A DNA stretch of 64,000 nt from Gemmatimonadota bacterium (GCA_018672475.1 JABHFS010000116.1:621-64620), one strand, 5' to 3'. Numbered from the stretch's first letter, positions 28,002 to 37,747 are shown. Numbers and translations are program-made. The notes: a model not told the origin generated them from the sequence alone.

Positions 28002-28196
28002 GGTAAGCGTCCTGGTTGGCGGTGGATTGCTGAAGGGACTGTAGTGTTCTGTTGCGCGTTTTGATATGGGCGGAAAGATAGTACCGCAGGCGATTGTGGG
28101 CAATACGCGGAGATTCGTGGTTTGACGGAGCCGGGACGTCGGTTGTAGCTTACGCGCGGAAGGTGCACATGTTGCGTATAGCGGGAGACTTGTACA

Positions 28197-28961
28197 ATGA
28201 GCGAAACACTCAATCTCGATCTAAACTATTACGAACACCCACGCGGAACCGGTATCCGCGAGGCCGATTGCCGGCGCAGTATTTTGCATTGGCAATTGCC
28301 GGTTGAGCAGGTGGCGTTGGTCTGTGTGGATGTGTGGTCCGAGCACTATATACAGACTCATGTCGATCGCACGACGAAGATCACGCTGGAACGGATCGTG
28401 CCGGTGCAAGAGGCCTTTCGTCAAATGGGGGCGTTGGTGGTGCACGGACCGAGTCCGGATTGTGCGCGCAAGTATCCCGAGTGGTTGGAAGAGGAGGTGG
28501 ACGAGCGGCAGCGACCTGAGGGCGATTGGCCGCCGGCGGACTTTCGCGGTAAAGCAGGGGAGTATGCCGGTTTTGCCCGACCCCATACGGAGCGGACCGA
28601 GGAATTCGACCGCATCATCCGCGATAGGCGTATTGTGCCCGAGGCGGCGCCCAGGGGCGATGACCGGGTGGTGGCCAATGGCGAGGCGCTGCATCGGTTG
28701 TTGCGGCGTCGGGGTGTGTTATTCTTGTTTTATATGGGTTTTGCCGCCAATATGTGCGTGCCCTTCCGCGACTACGGGATGCGGGCGATGAAGGACCGGG
28801 GTTACGAGGTTGTTTTGCTCGAGGATTGCACGACGGCGATCGAGGTCGAGGATACGGCGGACGATCTGCTATTGTCGCAGGCCTGTAAGATCGACGCGGC
28901 GTTGACGATCGGTTATACGCTGCAGTCGGCGGATCTGTTGACGGCCTGTAGCGAGGTATAA
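28197..28961 (+). CDS. Isochorismatase-like cysteine hydrolase family protein
   Basis: 254 aa. 'VALVCVDVWSEHY' parallels the 'aLlviDmQndf' block. 'VLFLFYMGFAANMCV' carries the catalytic Cys as in 'vcGvatniCV'. Confidence 0.5.
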   Translation: MSETLNLDLNYYEHPRGTGIREADCRRSILHWQLPVEQVALVCVDVWSEHYIQTHVDRTTKITLERIVPVQEAFRQMGALVVHGPSPDCARKYPEWLEEEVDERQRPEGDWPPADFRGKAGEYAGFARPHTERTEEFDRIIRDRRIVPEAAPRGDDRVVANGEALHRLLRRRGVLFLFYMGFAANMCVPFRDYGMRAMKDRGYEVVLLEDCTTAIEVEDTADDLLLSQACKIDAALTIGYTLQSADLLTACSEV

Positions 28962-29026
28962 CAGAGGGGTGATTTTACTGCGTTATTCGTACGGTACTGA
29001 CGACTTCATAGATAGGGAGACTTCAT

Positions 29027-29851
29027 ATGATGACGGTTGAAGAACGCTATCTCTTCGATCTACAGGGTTATATGGTGCTCGAAGATGTGCTCAAAGCAGA
29101 CGAGTTGCGCGATCTCAATCAGGTGCTCGACGAGTACGACCTGTGGAATGAATCCCCTGGGCAGGGTGGATTCTTCGATTCTTGGCGGAACGGCGACCAC
29201 CAGGTTTCGGCCGGGCCCGTACACCGTTTTGCCAAGCCATTCCGCCAATTGCTTGGCCACACCCGCATTGTCCCCTACCTCACAGACCTACTCGGCAAAC
29301 AGTTCCGTTTCGACCACGGCCACGCGATGCTTATGAAAAAAGGTGGAGAGGCACTCGCGCTGCACGGTGGCGGAGCGCCGAAGGAGCCCGGGATCCGCTA
29401 TGAGGTCGCCGACGGACAGATCCGCTCCGAACTGTTGGTCGTCGAATACGCGTTGTGCGATGTGGCCGAGGGGGACGGAGGTCTTTGCGTGGTGCCGGGC
29501 AGTCATAAGAGCAATTTCGCCTGCCCGTCGAGCCTTGCGTCCCTTGAGAAGCCGGGGGCATGGCTGCGGAATGTGCCGCAGAAAGCCGGTTCGGTGGTTA
29601 TTTTCACCGAAGCGCTCACGCATGGTACACTGCCTTGGACGGCGGATCATGAACGTCGGGCGCTTTTTTATCGCTATACCCCGGGGTATATGGCGTTTGT
29701 GGGGCGTTACCGGGAGGATGGTCTTGAGGCATCCGATGGCGGTTACCCTCAGCCCTCACACAGCGAAGAAGGCGATTGGAGTCCCGAGGAACGGCGCATC
29801 CTCGAAGCCCCGTATTTTTGGCAACGCGACGACACTTTTCCGGAAAGCTGA
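29027..29851 (+). CDS. Phytanoyl-CoA dioxygenase (PhyH) family protein
   Basis: 274 aa. 'YLFDLQGYMVLEDVL', 'CVVPGSHKSNF' and 'VIFTEALTHG'. Closest in style to 25279..26094. Confidence 0.75.
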   Translation: MMTVEERYLFDLQGYMVLEDVLKADELRDLNQVLDEYDLWNESPGQGGFFDSWRNGDHQVSAGPVHRFAKPFRQLLGHTRIVPYLTDLLGKQFRFDHGHAMLMKKGGEALALHGGGAPKEPGIRYEVADGQIRSELLVVEYALCDVAEGDGGLCVVPGSHKSNFACPSSLASLEKPGAWLRNVPQKAGSVVIFTEALTHGTLPWTADHERRALFYRYTPGYMAFVGRYREDGLEASDGGYPQPSHSEEGDWSPEERRILEAPYFWQRDDTFPES

Positions 29852-29953
29852 AATGAGCGTGCTGTATTTGCACGCCGCAGATACAGCTACGCTCATTCGG
29901 TAGACGATCAATGTCGGTATCGCAACGCTAACGCGCTCGCTTTTTTCGTTTGC

Positions 29954-31672
29954 TCAACGATAATGCGGCGTCTCTTTCAGGCGATATTCCAGCAAATGCC
30001 CGCGCGCCCCGATGTAGAAGACGCCCGGTTCGCCCTCGATGATCTGGTAGAGGTCGGAGATTGGCGGCTGGTCGAGGTAGTGGATGCGGTCGGTGCTGAC
30101 GTCGAGTTTGAAGACATCGCGCCGGGTGACGCCGTAGATGTCGCCGTCGGAGCCGGCGGTCAAATGGATGACGCCGTAGGTTTCGGGCACGCCCATCAGT
30201 GGGGTGCCCGGGTTGCGCATATCCCAGCGCCGGATGATTTGGCGCTCGTCAACGTCAAAGGCGAAGAGTTGGCCATTACTGGCCGAGCCGTAGACCAGGC
30301 CGGAGGCGCTGCTGACGGCGAGCGAGGTGATGGCGACGGCTTCGGGCACGGGTATGCACTCGAAGACGCGGCGTTGGCTGCTGACGTCGAATAAGTAGAG
30401 TTTGCCCTCGGTGGTGGTTTCGATACAGCCGCGGCCGCCGGAGATGCTGGTGCCGCCGTAGACGAAGCGGTGGTCGGCGGTGATAGACTGGATCGATTGT
30501 TCTTCGTCGCGGAAGACGTGCATGTCTTCGCTTTCGGGATCGAAACGGGCCATGCCGCCGCCGGGGATGCCGTAGTTGGCACGGCAGGCGATATAGATGC
30601 GCTCGTCGGGGCCGATGGCGTATTCGAAAGGCCGGTTCATATCCTGGCCGAGCTGACCGAAATTGCGCGGGTTGGCCGTGGGGGAGATGCCCTCGGCTTC
30701 GGGGTGCGGGTCCCAGGGTTTCTGCGGGTCGTAGACGGCCCAGTAGCCGCCGCCGTAGCTGCCCATATAGACTTTGTCTTTGTAGCCGATGACGTCGTAT
30801 ATTTCGCCGCCGTCCCAGCCGACGCGGCCCAAGTCGGCGAGCTGGCGGGTGGCGGGATCGAAGCTGAAGATGTGCATCGAGATGATGGTGCAGCCGTAGA
30901 CCTTGCCGTCGGTGCCTTTGTTTAGGCCGCAGATATCGCTGGCGACGCGGGGCTGGTAGCGGCTCGGTTTTTCTTCGCCGTCGACGGCATAGTTGGCGTC
31001 GAGGCGGAAGCGGGCCTGGATGTCGCGGCTGGGCGGCGTGCCCATTTGGGTTTTGACTGGGGGTGTTTCGCTGAGTACGCGGGTCTGGCCGGTTTCGGGG
31101 TTGAAGGCGATCTGGGACCCGGGGTCGCGGTTGATGCCGCAGAGAATTTCGCCGGTCTCGGTCTCGCTGCTCGGATAGCACCAGATGTGCTGGCCGGGGA
31201 TGATGGGATCGGGCGCTTGGCAGCCGCAGTCGCGCCAACGGTCGTCGGCCGGGTCAAAAGAGAACAGGTGACCGTGCGGGTGCGAGCCGAGGTAGACGCG
31301 GCCGTCGCTGGCGATAAAGGGCGTGCCGGCGAAGCGCTGGTCGCTGATGGGCGGGAAACCGTGCGAGGTGAGCGCGCGCGTTTGCGGGTCCCACGAGAGC
31401 AGTAGGTGGCCGGGTTGGTAGAGGCCGTGGTTGGTGGCGACCCAGAGCTTGCCGGTCGCGTGCTCGGGGGTGGCGTTGAACTCGCGGCAGCCGATCGGGT
31501 GCTCCTCAACGATCTGTCCGCTGTCGACGTCGATGGCGAAGAGCCAGGCGCCCTCCTGGCCCAACTCGGCGCCCCAGAGCAGATCGAGGTCGCGTATGGG
31601 ATCATGTAATACCCAGCCGCCGCCGAGCCAGCCGCCGACGACCGGACGGCCCAAATCAAAGTAGACGCCCAT
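29954..31672 (-). CDS. Hypothetical beta-propeller-like protein (no signal peptide)
   Basis: 572 aa. Recurrent 'G..YG.T / IYGVT / VYGSASNGQLFAFD' blade-like repeats. No recognisable catalytic motifs. Confidence 0.4.
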   Translation of the reverse strand: MGVYFDLGRPVVGGWLGGGWVLHDPIRDLDLLWGAELGQEGAWLFAIDVDSGQIVEEHPIGCREFNATPEHATGKLWVATNHGLYQPGHLLLSWDPQTRALTSHGFPPISDQRFAGTPFIASDGRVYLGSHPHGHLFSFDPADDRWRDCGCQAPDPIIPGQHIWCYPSSETETGEILCGINRDPGSQIAFNPETGQTRVLSETPPVKTQMGTPPSRDIQARFRLDANYAVDGEEKPSRYQPRVASDICGLNKGTDGKVYGCTIISMHIFSFDPATRQLADLGRVGWDGGEIYDVIGYKDKVYMGSYGGGYWAVYDPQKPWDPHPEAEGISPTANPRNFGQLGQDMNRPFEYAIGPDERIYIACRANYGIPGGGMARFDPESEDMHVFRDEEQSIQSITADHRFVYGGTSISGGRGCIETTTEGKLYLFDVSSQRRVFECIPVPEAVAITSLAVSSASGLVYGSASNGQLFAFDVDERQIIRRWDMRNPGTPLMGVPETYGVIHLTAGSDGDIYGVTRRDVFKLDVSTDRIHYLDQPPISDLYQIIEGEPGVFYIGARGHLLEYRLKETPHYR

Positions 31673-31740
31673 GTGTGTCTCCTAATTGTATGGTGGACTT
31701 TAGGCGGTTAAAATAGATGTAGCGGTGCTCGCGGGCAATC

Positions 31741-31790
31741 GGGTGGTATGGGGTGGGGTGGTTAGGGGGTGGGGTGGGGTGGTTATGGGC
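31741..31790. repeat. G-rich direct repeat (GGGGTGGGGTGGTTA x2 plus a partial copy) in a divergent intergenic region
   Basis: Read directly: 'gggtggtatggggtggggtggttagggggtggggtggggtggttatgggc'. It lies between divergently oriented genes 29954..31672 (-) and 31924..33900 (+). Confidence 0.6.
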
Positions 31791-31923
31791 GCGATCTTGA
31801 CTTAAGTGATCACGCGGGTATAAATTGCTATTAGATAAATGTGGTCGTTGTTAGCATAATTCTTATAATATAAATTTCGATATACGTTGAGGCCGCTTTT
31901 TCCCCCAACCTCGCTAAGGCATC

Positions 31924-33900
31924 ATGGCTCGAAGCCTCATTGCAGCAAGAGTATTGCTGATAGCATTGGCATTGGCCCCACAAGTCGATGGCTCAGAGAT
32001 TTTTACCGTGGGTGGGGACGAGAGGGGGTGGTCCAGTTGGGGCGAAACCCCAGGAGGTGTCATCGCCTTCGTCGATCGCCTCGGCGACGTGCAAAATGCC
32101 GCGGGCAATCAGGTCTTTGTAGGTGTCGCCGATTCGTTGAGCGGCTGGATCATGCCCTTGCGGCTCAATCCCGATTTCAATATTTCGCTCGATGTGTTTG
32201 AACGCGGCGGCGATATCGACGTGCCGAACCTAGCCCGCAGCGATAAAGACCCCGAAGAACTGGCAGGAGTGCTCAACGGCGATCATCGGGTGGCATACGA
32301 CCGCAAATTCGTCGCCGGGCGCATCGTGCGCAATAATGGCGTCGCGATTCGCATTGATCTAGGCGCTCGCTTCGGCATGGATCGCATCGTCTTCTATCCC
32401 AGGATGACGGATCTATTTCCCTTCGGCAATGAGTTTATGCGCGGCTACGAGCTCTTCCTCAACGACGGCTTGCCGCACAATTTATTTGCCAGCGGCCAGC
32501 CCATTTTCACCTCGCCCGTGCTGCGCGAGCCGGATAATCGCGAGGTTATGGTTGATATGCAGATCGAGCCCCAGTTCGTGCGCTTCGTCGAGCTCAAATC
32601 TATATCGACGCTGGGTTTTGAGGTCGATGAAATAGAGATCTACGGCCGGGGTTTTGTGCCGACGGCCCGCTATGTGTCCAATGTGCTGGACCTGGGGCAA
32701 GAGGGGGTATGGGGGGCGATCAACTGGACCGAGGCGCTGACCGGCGGAGCGGAGAACTCGAAGCTTGAAGTCCGGGTGCGCAGCGGGATGGACGAAACGC
32801 CCGATGTCTATTATCGCTCTGTAGCCGTGAACGGGGTTAGGGAATTGCTGCCGACCGATAGCAATGGCGATACGCTGACGCAGGCAACCTACGAAAAAAG
32901 GCTGTCGGAAACCGAGCGCGGGCCGATCAGGGGGGACGCGGCCCATTGGAGCCAATGGCAACTTGTTAGCAATGGCTCCAAGCTGAATTTGCCGGCGCCG
33001 CGCCGCTATTTTCAGTTTAGCATTGATTTCGCCAACCGGACCCTCGATGCGAGCAGAGCTATTGCTGATTTGGGCTTTGAGTTTGAGAGTCCCCCAGTCG
33101 ACCGGATCGTAGCCGAAATCGATCCTCCTCGTACTATAGTCGGCGAGCAGACGGCTTTTACTTACGCGGCCCGCACTGTTAACGCCACCGGGCGCTCGGG
33201 TTTTGTGCGTTTTGAGATCGAGACGCCGGCTCGGGTTTCAGCGGTCCGAACGGTGGAGATCCTGGATGCGGACAACAACCGTCTCGACGGAGCTGAGTTT
33301 ACCGGCGACATGTTGGAAGGGAATTTACCCGCGCAGGTCGGGGCTTTTGCGATCGAAGAGGTGGCGGACGACCACTTCACCTTGAGCCTTCCGCAGATTA
33401 GCGCCGACGGCACCTTGTTGAAGATTGAATTTGATGCGGCGGTGTTTCGCTACGGAACCCGCTTTCAAGGCCGTGCCTTCGCCGATGCCAATACACTGAT
33501 TCCCTTGCAAACCGAAGGGGGAGATGCGACCTCCGAACTGGATACCGACGAGCTTTTGGTGCGGGTCACAGTGGGGTCGCAGGTGGCCGGCCCTTTGCAG
33601 ATCGAGCCCGCAGTTTTTACGCCAAATGGGGACGGGATCAACGACGAGACGGCCATCAGCTATACGGTGTTGCACCTGCTCGAGCCCTCATTGGCCGAGG
33701 TTGACGTCTACGATCTGGCCGGTCGATGTGTGCGCCGACTCAGCGCGGCGATGGTCCAGAACGGCCGCGTGCCGCTCGACTGGGATGGGCGCGGCGCTGA
33801 CGGAAATCTGGTGGTTCCAGGGGTGTACTTGCTGCAAGTCGAAATTCATTCGGATCGCGGTATCGAGCGGCGTGTGGGTAGCGTCGCCGTTGTGTACTGA
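31924..33900 (+). CDS. Secreted multidomain protein, paralog P1: signal peptide, discoidin/F5-8-type-C-like module(s), C-terminal FlgD-Ig-like/T9SS-like domain
   Basis: 658 aa. Signal peptide 'MARSLIAARVLLIALALAPQVDG'. 'VRFVELKSISTLGFEVDEIEIYGRGF' matches a discoidin domain C-terminus ('aRyvRl....lRlElyG'). 'HWSQWQ' and 'RRYFQFSIDF' follow. The C-terminus is 'VFTPNGDGINDETAISYTV...VDVYDLAGRCVRRL...PGVYLLQV...VAVVY'. Confidence 0.7.
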   Translation: MARSLIAARVLLIALALAPQVDGSEIFTVGGDERGWSSWGETPGGVIAFVDRLGDVQNAAGNQVFVGVADSLSGWIMPLRLNPDFNISLDVFERGGDIDVPNLARSDKDPEELAGVLNGDHRVAYDRKFVAGRIVRNNGVAIRIDLGARFGMDRIVFYPRMTDLFPFGNEFMRGYELFLNDGLPHNLFASGQPIFTSPVLREPDNREVMVDMQIEPQFVRFVELKSISTLGFEVDEIEIYGRGFVPTARYVSNVLDLGQEGVWGAINWTEALTGGAENSKLEVRVRSGMDETPDVYYRSVAVNGVRELLPTDSNGDTLTQATYEKRLSETERGPIRGDAAHWSQWQLVSNGSKLNLPAPRRYFQFSIDFANRTLDASRAIADLGFEFESPPVDRIVAEIDPPRTIVGEQTAFTYAARTVNATGRSGFVRFEIETPARVSAVRTVEILDADNNRLDGAEFTGDMLEGNLPAQVGAFAIEEVADDHFTLSLPQISADGTLLKIEFDAAVFRYGTRFQGRAFADANTLIPLQTEGGDATSELDTDELLVRVTVGSQVAGPLQIEPAVFTPNGDGINDETAISYTVLHLLEPSLAEVDVYDLAGRCVRRLSAAMVQNGRVPLDWDGRGADGNLVVPGVYLLQVEIHSDRGIERRVGSVAVVY

Positions 33901-33921
33901 GCACAAGCAGGGAGGGAAGAA

Positions 33922-36594
33922 TTGAACACGCGATACGTGATTTATTATGTAGTGGCCGCCTGGTGTGTGGTGGCGGGGGCGAGTTTGTTGAATGCGCAGG
34001 AGGACCTGGGGACTCGTGTTGGTACGGTGAAGCGGGGCGGTGAGGTGGATTTCGCGCCTCGCGGTCCGGGGGTCCTCTTCGATGCGCTGGATCCTTCGAT
34101 GCGCAAATGGTATGTACCTCAGGAACTTTTCAATGAATATCGCTGGTCGCAATGGCAGTATACCAACTACGCCCGGAACCAGTACCAGCGCTATGTCAAT
34201 ACCACCCAAGAAGGCGATTATTTCTACGATATCTACGGAAACTTCGTCACCCGTGGTTGGCTGATTTACGACTGGCAGGAGGACCGGCCACAGCAATTCG
34301 GCAGTAGTATCCTCAAGACCAACCGTTTCAGCTCGTGGTTCAACAAGGTCGTTGTCGCCTCGGACAACCGTGGTCAGTTTCACTATAGTCTGACGATCGG
34401 CGACGAAATTCGTACCACCCTGACGCCCATGACCTTCTCAAAGCCGGGTTTTAACGGTATCCAGTGGGACTTTGCCGCCGACAAGTACGAGGGGACGATG
34501 CTGTTGGCCCGCCCCAGTCGGCCGGCGGCGGCCACCTCGCTCGACATACCCGACCAGAAGACCAGTGTCACTAACTTGCTGGCCGGTCGTGCTATTACCC
34601 ATGTTGGTGACTTCGTTAAGGTCGGGGCGACCTATGTTACGGCCTTTCAAGCCCAGACCCTACTCGACGATTTCAGCGGCAACCCCTTTGCCGGCGGTGC
34701 ACTGACGACCGACCAGAATGCGCTGCCGATTTCGCGCATCATCATCCGCCTATCGGATGATTCACCCGAAGACGGGAGTGGTGGCGCGGCGCTTTTCGAC
34801 GACGAAATCGTTATCCGGGACGTAGATGGCAATGTGACTAGGGGCAGCGCGGTCGGTTTCGAACCGATCCGCGAAGGTGGATTTCAGCGCGTGGGTTTTC
34901 TCGCCGCCGATGGTGACGAGCGTATCGTGCTGACCTACGATTTTACGGATCCTGGCTATCTGGGACCGGATCCTTCGGTGATCGAAGAGGTTGCATTTGA
35001 ACTCGTGGTGTCGAATGACTACAAGGTAGAGATTACATCGGATCGGCAGACCAATAGCGATGCGCAGCCGGTTTTCTTGCTAGTGGAGCGGGCCGAGGGC
35101 AATATCCGCGACAACTCCAATCAGCGTCTGCTTAAATTCGATTACGGTCTGCCCACTGCCAATGTCATCTTCGGCTTCACCTTCGAAGCGAATAAGATTA
35201 TGGGCTTCGATTTCTACGGCGAATACGACTTTAATAGGCAATATCGCCAGTACCCGAATACGAACTTGCGAGACCACAGTAAGGCGGTCAAAAAAGCGGA
35301 CGCTTGGATGATGAATCTGTCGCGGGTCGCATTTCCCTACTTCGCCTTCTTGGAAGGCTACGGTATGGACGACGCCTATTCGACACGCACGTTTCTGGCG
35401 GGCACTTTGCGCCAGGACGAGATCGATTACGAGAACGAACTATCTTATGTCTATGAGTTCGTTGACGACAACGACGACCAGGATCGACGACCTGACTGGA
35501 ACCGCTTCGGGCAGCCGTTGGTAGACAACGCTGTATTTCCGGGTTTTGACGAGAACAACGATTTCATCTCGGACTTCAACCAGAATGACACGGAGGATCG
35601 GCAGAACTTTGTGCCGGACTACGAAGAGCCTTTCTTGCGCTACCACGTCGACCGGCCGGAGTTCCTTTTTGGCATCGATATGAACAACAATGGTTGGGTC
35701 GACCGCTTCGAAAACGACGAGGAACCCGACTATCCCTATCGGCGTGATCACCGCGGCTATAACGCTTACGGCGGAGTGTTTATCACGCCAGAAGCCAGAT
35801 TGACGGTGGGGCGATTGAGTGAGGTGTTGATCGACGGGGACGGCGAGAATCGCAGCACGTATCTGCTGCTGACCTATGACCGCGATTTGGCTGGTTTTGG
35901 CCGGCTGCGCTTTTACGAGAATTTCCGCCTGGTCAAGGACAATATCGCCAACAATCTCTTTCAGTGGGTGCAGCCGGCCAATTCCCGCGGCACCCAGCAA
36001 CGGATTTTCGATCCACTACCTGCGCGCGACACCTGGGTAAATACTAGCTATTTGCAATTGGATTTTCGCCGGGTGTCCCGTCTGAACGTGATAAATAAAC
36101 TCAAGGTCGATGTGTATAACCAACGCGGGCAACAGGGTGAATTGCGCGGGGTGTCGAGCTTCGTCGGTTTGATAAATAAAGCCGATTACATCTTTGATGT
36201 AGGGCGTTTTGAGATCGAACCACGCATCAAGAGCGAATTTGTCCGCGAGCGCCCTTTCCGGCAACGCGACCCGGCCCGCCGCGAGTTGACAGAGACTCTG
36301 TTTCTGATCGCCCGTTTCCCGATGTTGCGCCAGACGATTATCGAATTGGGGCTAGAACTGTCCCACTTCGAGCAATTTCGCGATGATGCGGAGGGCGTGC
36401 CATTGCACCGCAATATAGCGCCGGATTCAAATAGCCGGATTTTAGCGATCCAATTTGCCAATGCCTCTGATTTCTTGGGGTACAAGCTGCATGTGCAGAC
36501 CGGTTTCCGGCTACAACGGGAAACCTTTAAAAACTTGCCTACGAGTACTACCAGCACGATTTTTATGACGGCATATGCCGGATTAGAGAGATGA
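33922..36594 (+). CDS. Large secreted aromatic- and Asp-rich hypothetical protein (putative outer-membrane/cell-surface component)
   Basis: 890 aa, 21 nt downstream of P1. Signal peptide 'MNTRYVIYYVVAAWCVVAGASLLNAQ'. Dense alternating aromatic residues throughout. Asp-rich loops 'DDNDDQDRRPDWN' and 'DMNNNGWVDRFENDEEPDY' resemble DxNxNGxxD Ca-binding loops. No known family recognised. Confidence 0.5.
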   Translation: MNTRYVIYYVVAAWCVVAGASLLNAQEDLGTRVGTVKRGGEVDFAPRGPGVLFDALDPSMRKWYVPQELFNEYRWSQWQYTNYARNQYQRYVNTTQEGDYFYDIYGNFVTRGWLIYDWQEDRPQQFGSSILKTNRFSSWFNKVVVASDNRGQFHYSLTIGDEIRTTLTPMTFSKPGFNGIQWDFAADKYEGTMLLARPSRPAAATSLDIPDQKTSVTNLLAGRAITHVGDFVKVGATYVTAFQAQTLLDDFSGNPFAGGALTTDQNALPISRIIIRLSDDSPEDGSGGAALFDDEIVIRDVDGNVTRGSAVGFEPIREGGFQRVGFLAADGDERIVLTYDFTDPGYLGPDPSVIEEVAFELVVSNDYKVEITSDRQTNSDAQPVFLLVERAEGNIRDNSNQRLLKFDYGLPTANVIFGFTFEANKIMGFDFYGEYDFNRQYRQYPNTNLRDHSKAVKKADAWMMNLSRVAFPYFAFLEGYGMDDAYSTRTFLAGTLRQDEIDYENELSYVYEFVDDNDDQDRRPDWNRFGQPLVDNAVFPGFDENNDFISDFNQNDTEDRQNFVPDYEEPFLRYHVDRPEFLFGIDMNNNGWVDRFENDEEPDYPYRRDHRGYNAYGGVFITPEARLTVGRLSEVLIDGDGENRSTYLLLTYDRDLAGFGRLRFYENFRLVKDNIANNLFQWVQPANSRGTQQRIFDPLPARDTWVNTSYLQLDFRRVSRLNVINKLKVDVYNQRGQQGELRGVSSFVGLINKADYIFDVGRFEIEPRIKSEFVRERPFRQRDPARRELTETLFLIARFPMLRQTIIELGLELSHFEQFRDDAEGVPLHRNIAPDSNSRILAIQFANASDFLGYKLHVQTGFRLQRETFKNLPTSTTSTIFMTAYAGLER

Positions 36595-36780
36595 AATCAG
36601 TTCGAGTAGCTCGATTGAAAATATCTGAAGTTGTAAGTAATAGATCGTTTTTTGTATACTACTAAATCGTCTCGTCGTAGTGTTCTCGGATTGAACGAAA
36701 GGAGGTCGAAAAGCCATAATTTAAGATCGGCGATTGTCCGATTGCATCACATTCGTTCATTTGAATTTAAGGAGAAAATA

Positions 36781-37641
36781 ATGAAGAAGTTTCAAGCTAT
36801 TATAGCTGCTGTGTTGATTTCTATGGTGGCTATTGGCAGCGCTTTTGCCCACCAGGGCCAGACGAAGTTCATGTTTCAGTTTCCCGATGGCTTGACCCCT
36901 GAATTGGATGGCGACATGTCGGACTGGGATATTGTCGGAGATGTCTACAAAATTCAGGGCGAAAACATGTTTAATCAGTTCGGGGCGCCGATGGACTTGG
37001 GCGATTTCAACGCCTCGCTGATATGGGCGTATAACATCACGGAGAATAAGGCGTATTTCGGAGCCTGGATTGCCGATGACGCGATCAACGATACCGAGAA
37101 GTGGTCGACGACCACCGACTGGGATCACAGCGGTGGCATATTCCGCGGCTTCGACCAGGGCGACGAGTTTGAAACCCGTTGGGCTAGCTCCCATGCACAG
37201 CGTTACGATATAGCTGGTCCGGTATTCAGTTCCTCTGGTTATTACACCCGCATCATCGATGGTTCCAAAGCTTGGGCCGGGCAGCCACCTTTTCTTGAAT
37301 GGGGTGGTGCATTCTTGCGCGGCGATGTCAATACTTTCGAGCCGGCCGAGATGTTCACCGAAATCGCTCTCACCCCTTACGACGACATCCATCCCGACGG
37401 GGCAGACGCGAGTATCGAGCATCAGTTCGTCGAAGGCCAGATCGTCGGTATCGAGGTCAACTGGGGTGATAAGGATGCCGACCCGGGCTCGTATGACGAT
37501 GCTTATTGGTCGGGTTTTGGTGGCGTTGGCGCCTCGAAGGACGCCGATCAGTTTGGCGATTATCTGCTGGCACCGGTCGAGTCCGACTTGCCGACGGCGG
37601 TCGAGACTAGCACCTGGGGTCAGATCAAGTCCAGTTTCTAA
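36781..37641 (+). CDS. Secreted hypothetical protein, possible carbohydrate-binding (CBM9/DOMON-like) module
   Basis: Start at M44 of ORF 36652..37641, preceded by an AAGGAG RBS. Signal peptide 'MKKFQAIIAAVLISMVAIGSAFA'. Trp/Asp/Gly-rich ('PELDGDMSDWDIVGD...'). Family assignment is weak. Confidence 0.45.
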   Translation: MKKFQAIIAAVLISMVAIGSAFAHQGQTKFMFQFPDGLTPELDGDMSDWDIVGDVYKIQGENMFNQFGAPMDLGDFNASLIWAYNITENKAYFGAWIADDAINDTEKWSTTTDWDHSGGIFRGFDQGDEFETRWASSHAQRYDIAGPVFSSSGYYTRIIDGSKAWAGQPPFLEWGGAFLRGDVNTFEPAEMFTEIALTPYDDIHPDGADASIEHQFVEGQIVGIEVNWGDKDADPGSYDDAYWSGFGGVGASKDADQFGDYLLAPVESDLPTAVETSTWGQIKSSF

Positions 37642-37747
37642 ATCATACCAAGTGCCGGCTTGGCACGAGTCTTGATCTGGGCAACAAGGGGCGGGGTTCG
37701 CGGGCGACCGTGAATCCCGCCGTTTTTTCGCTCGAAGGAGACATGCG

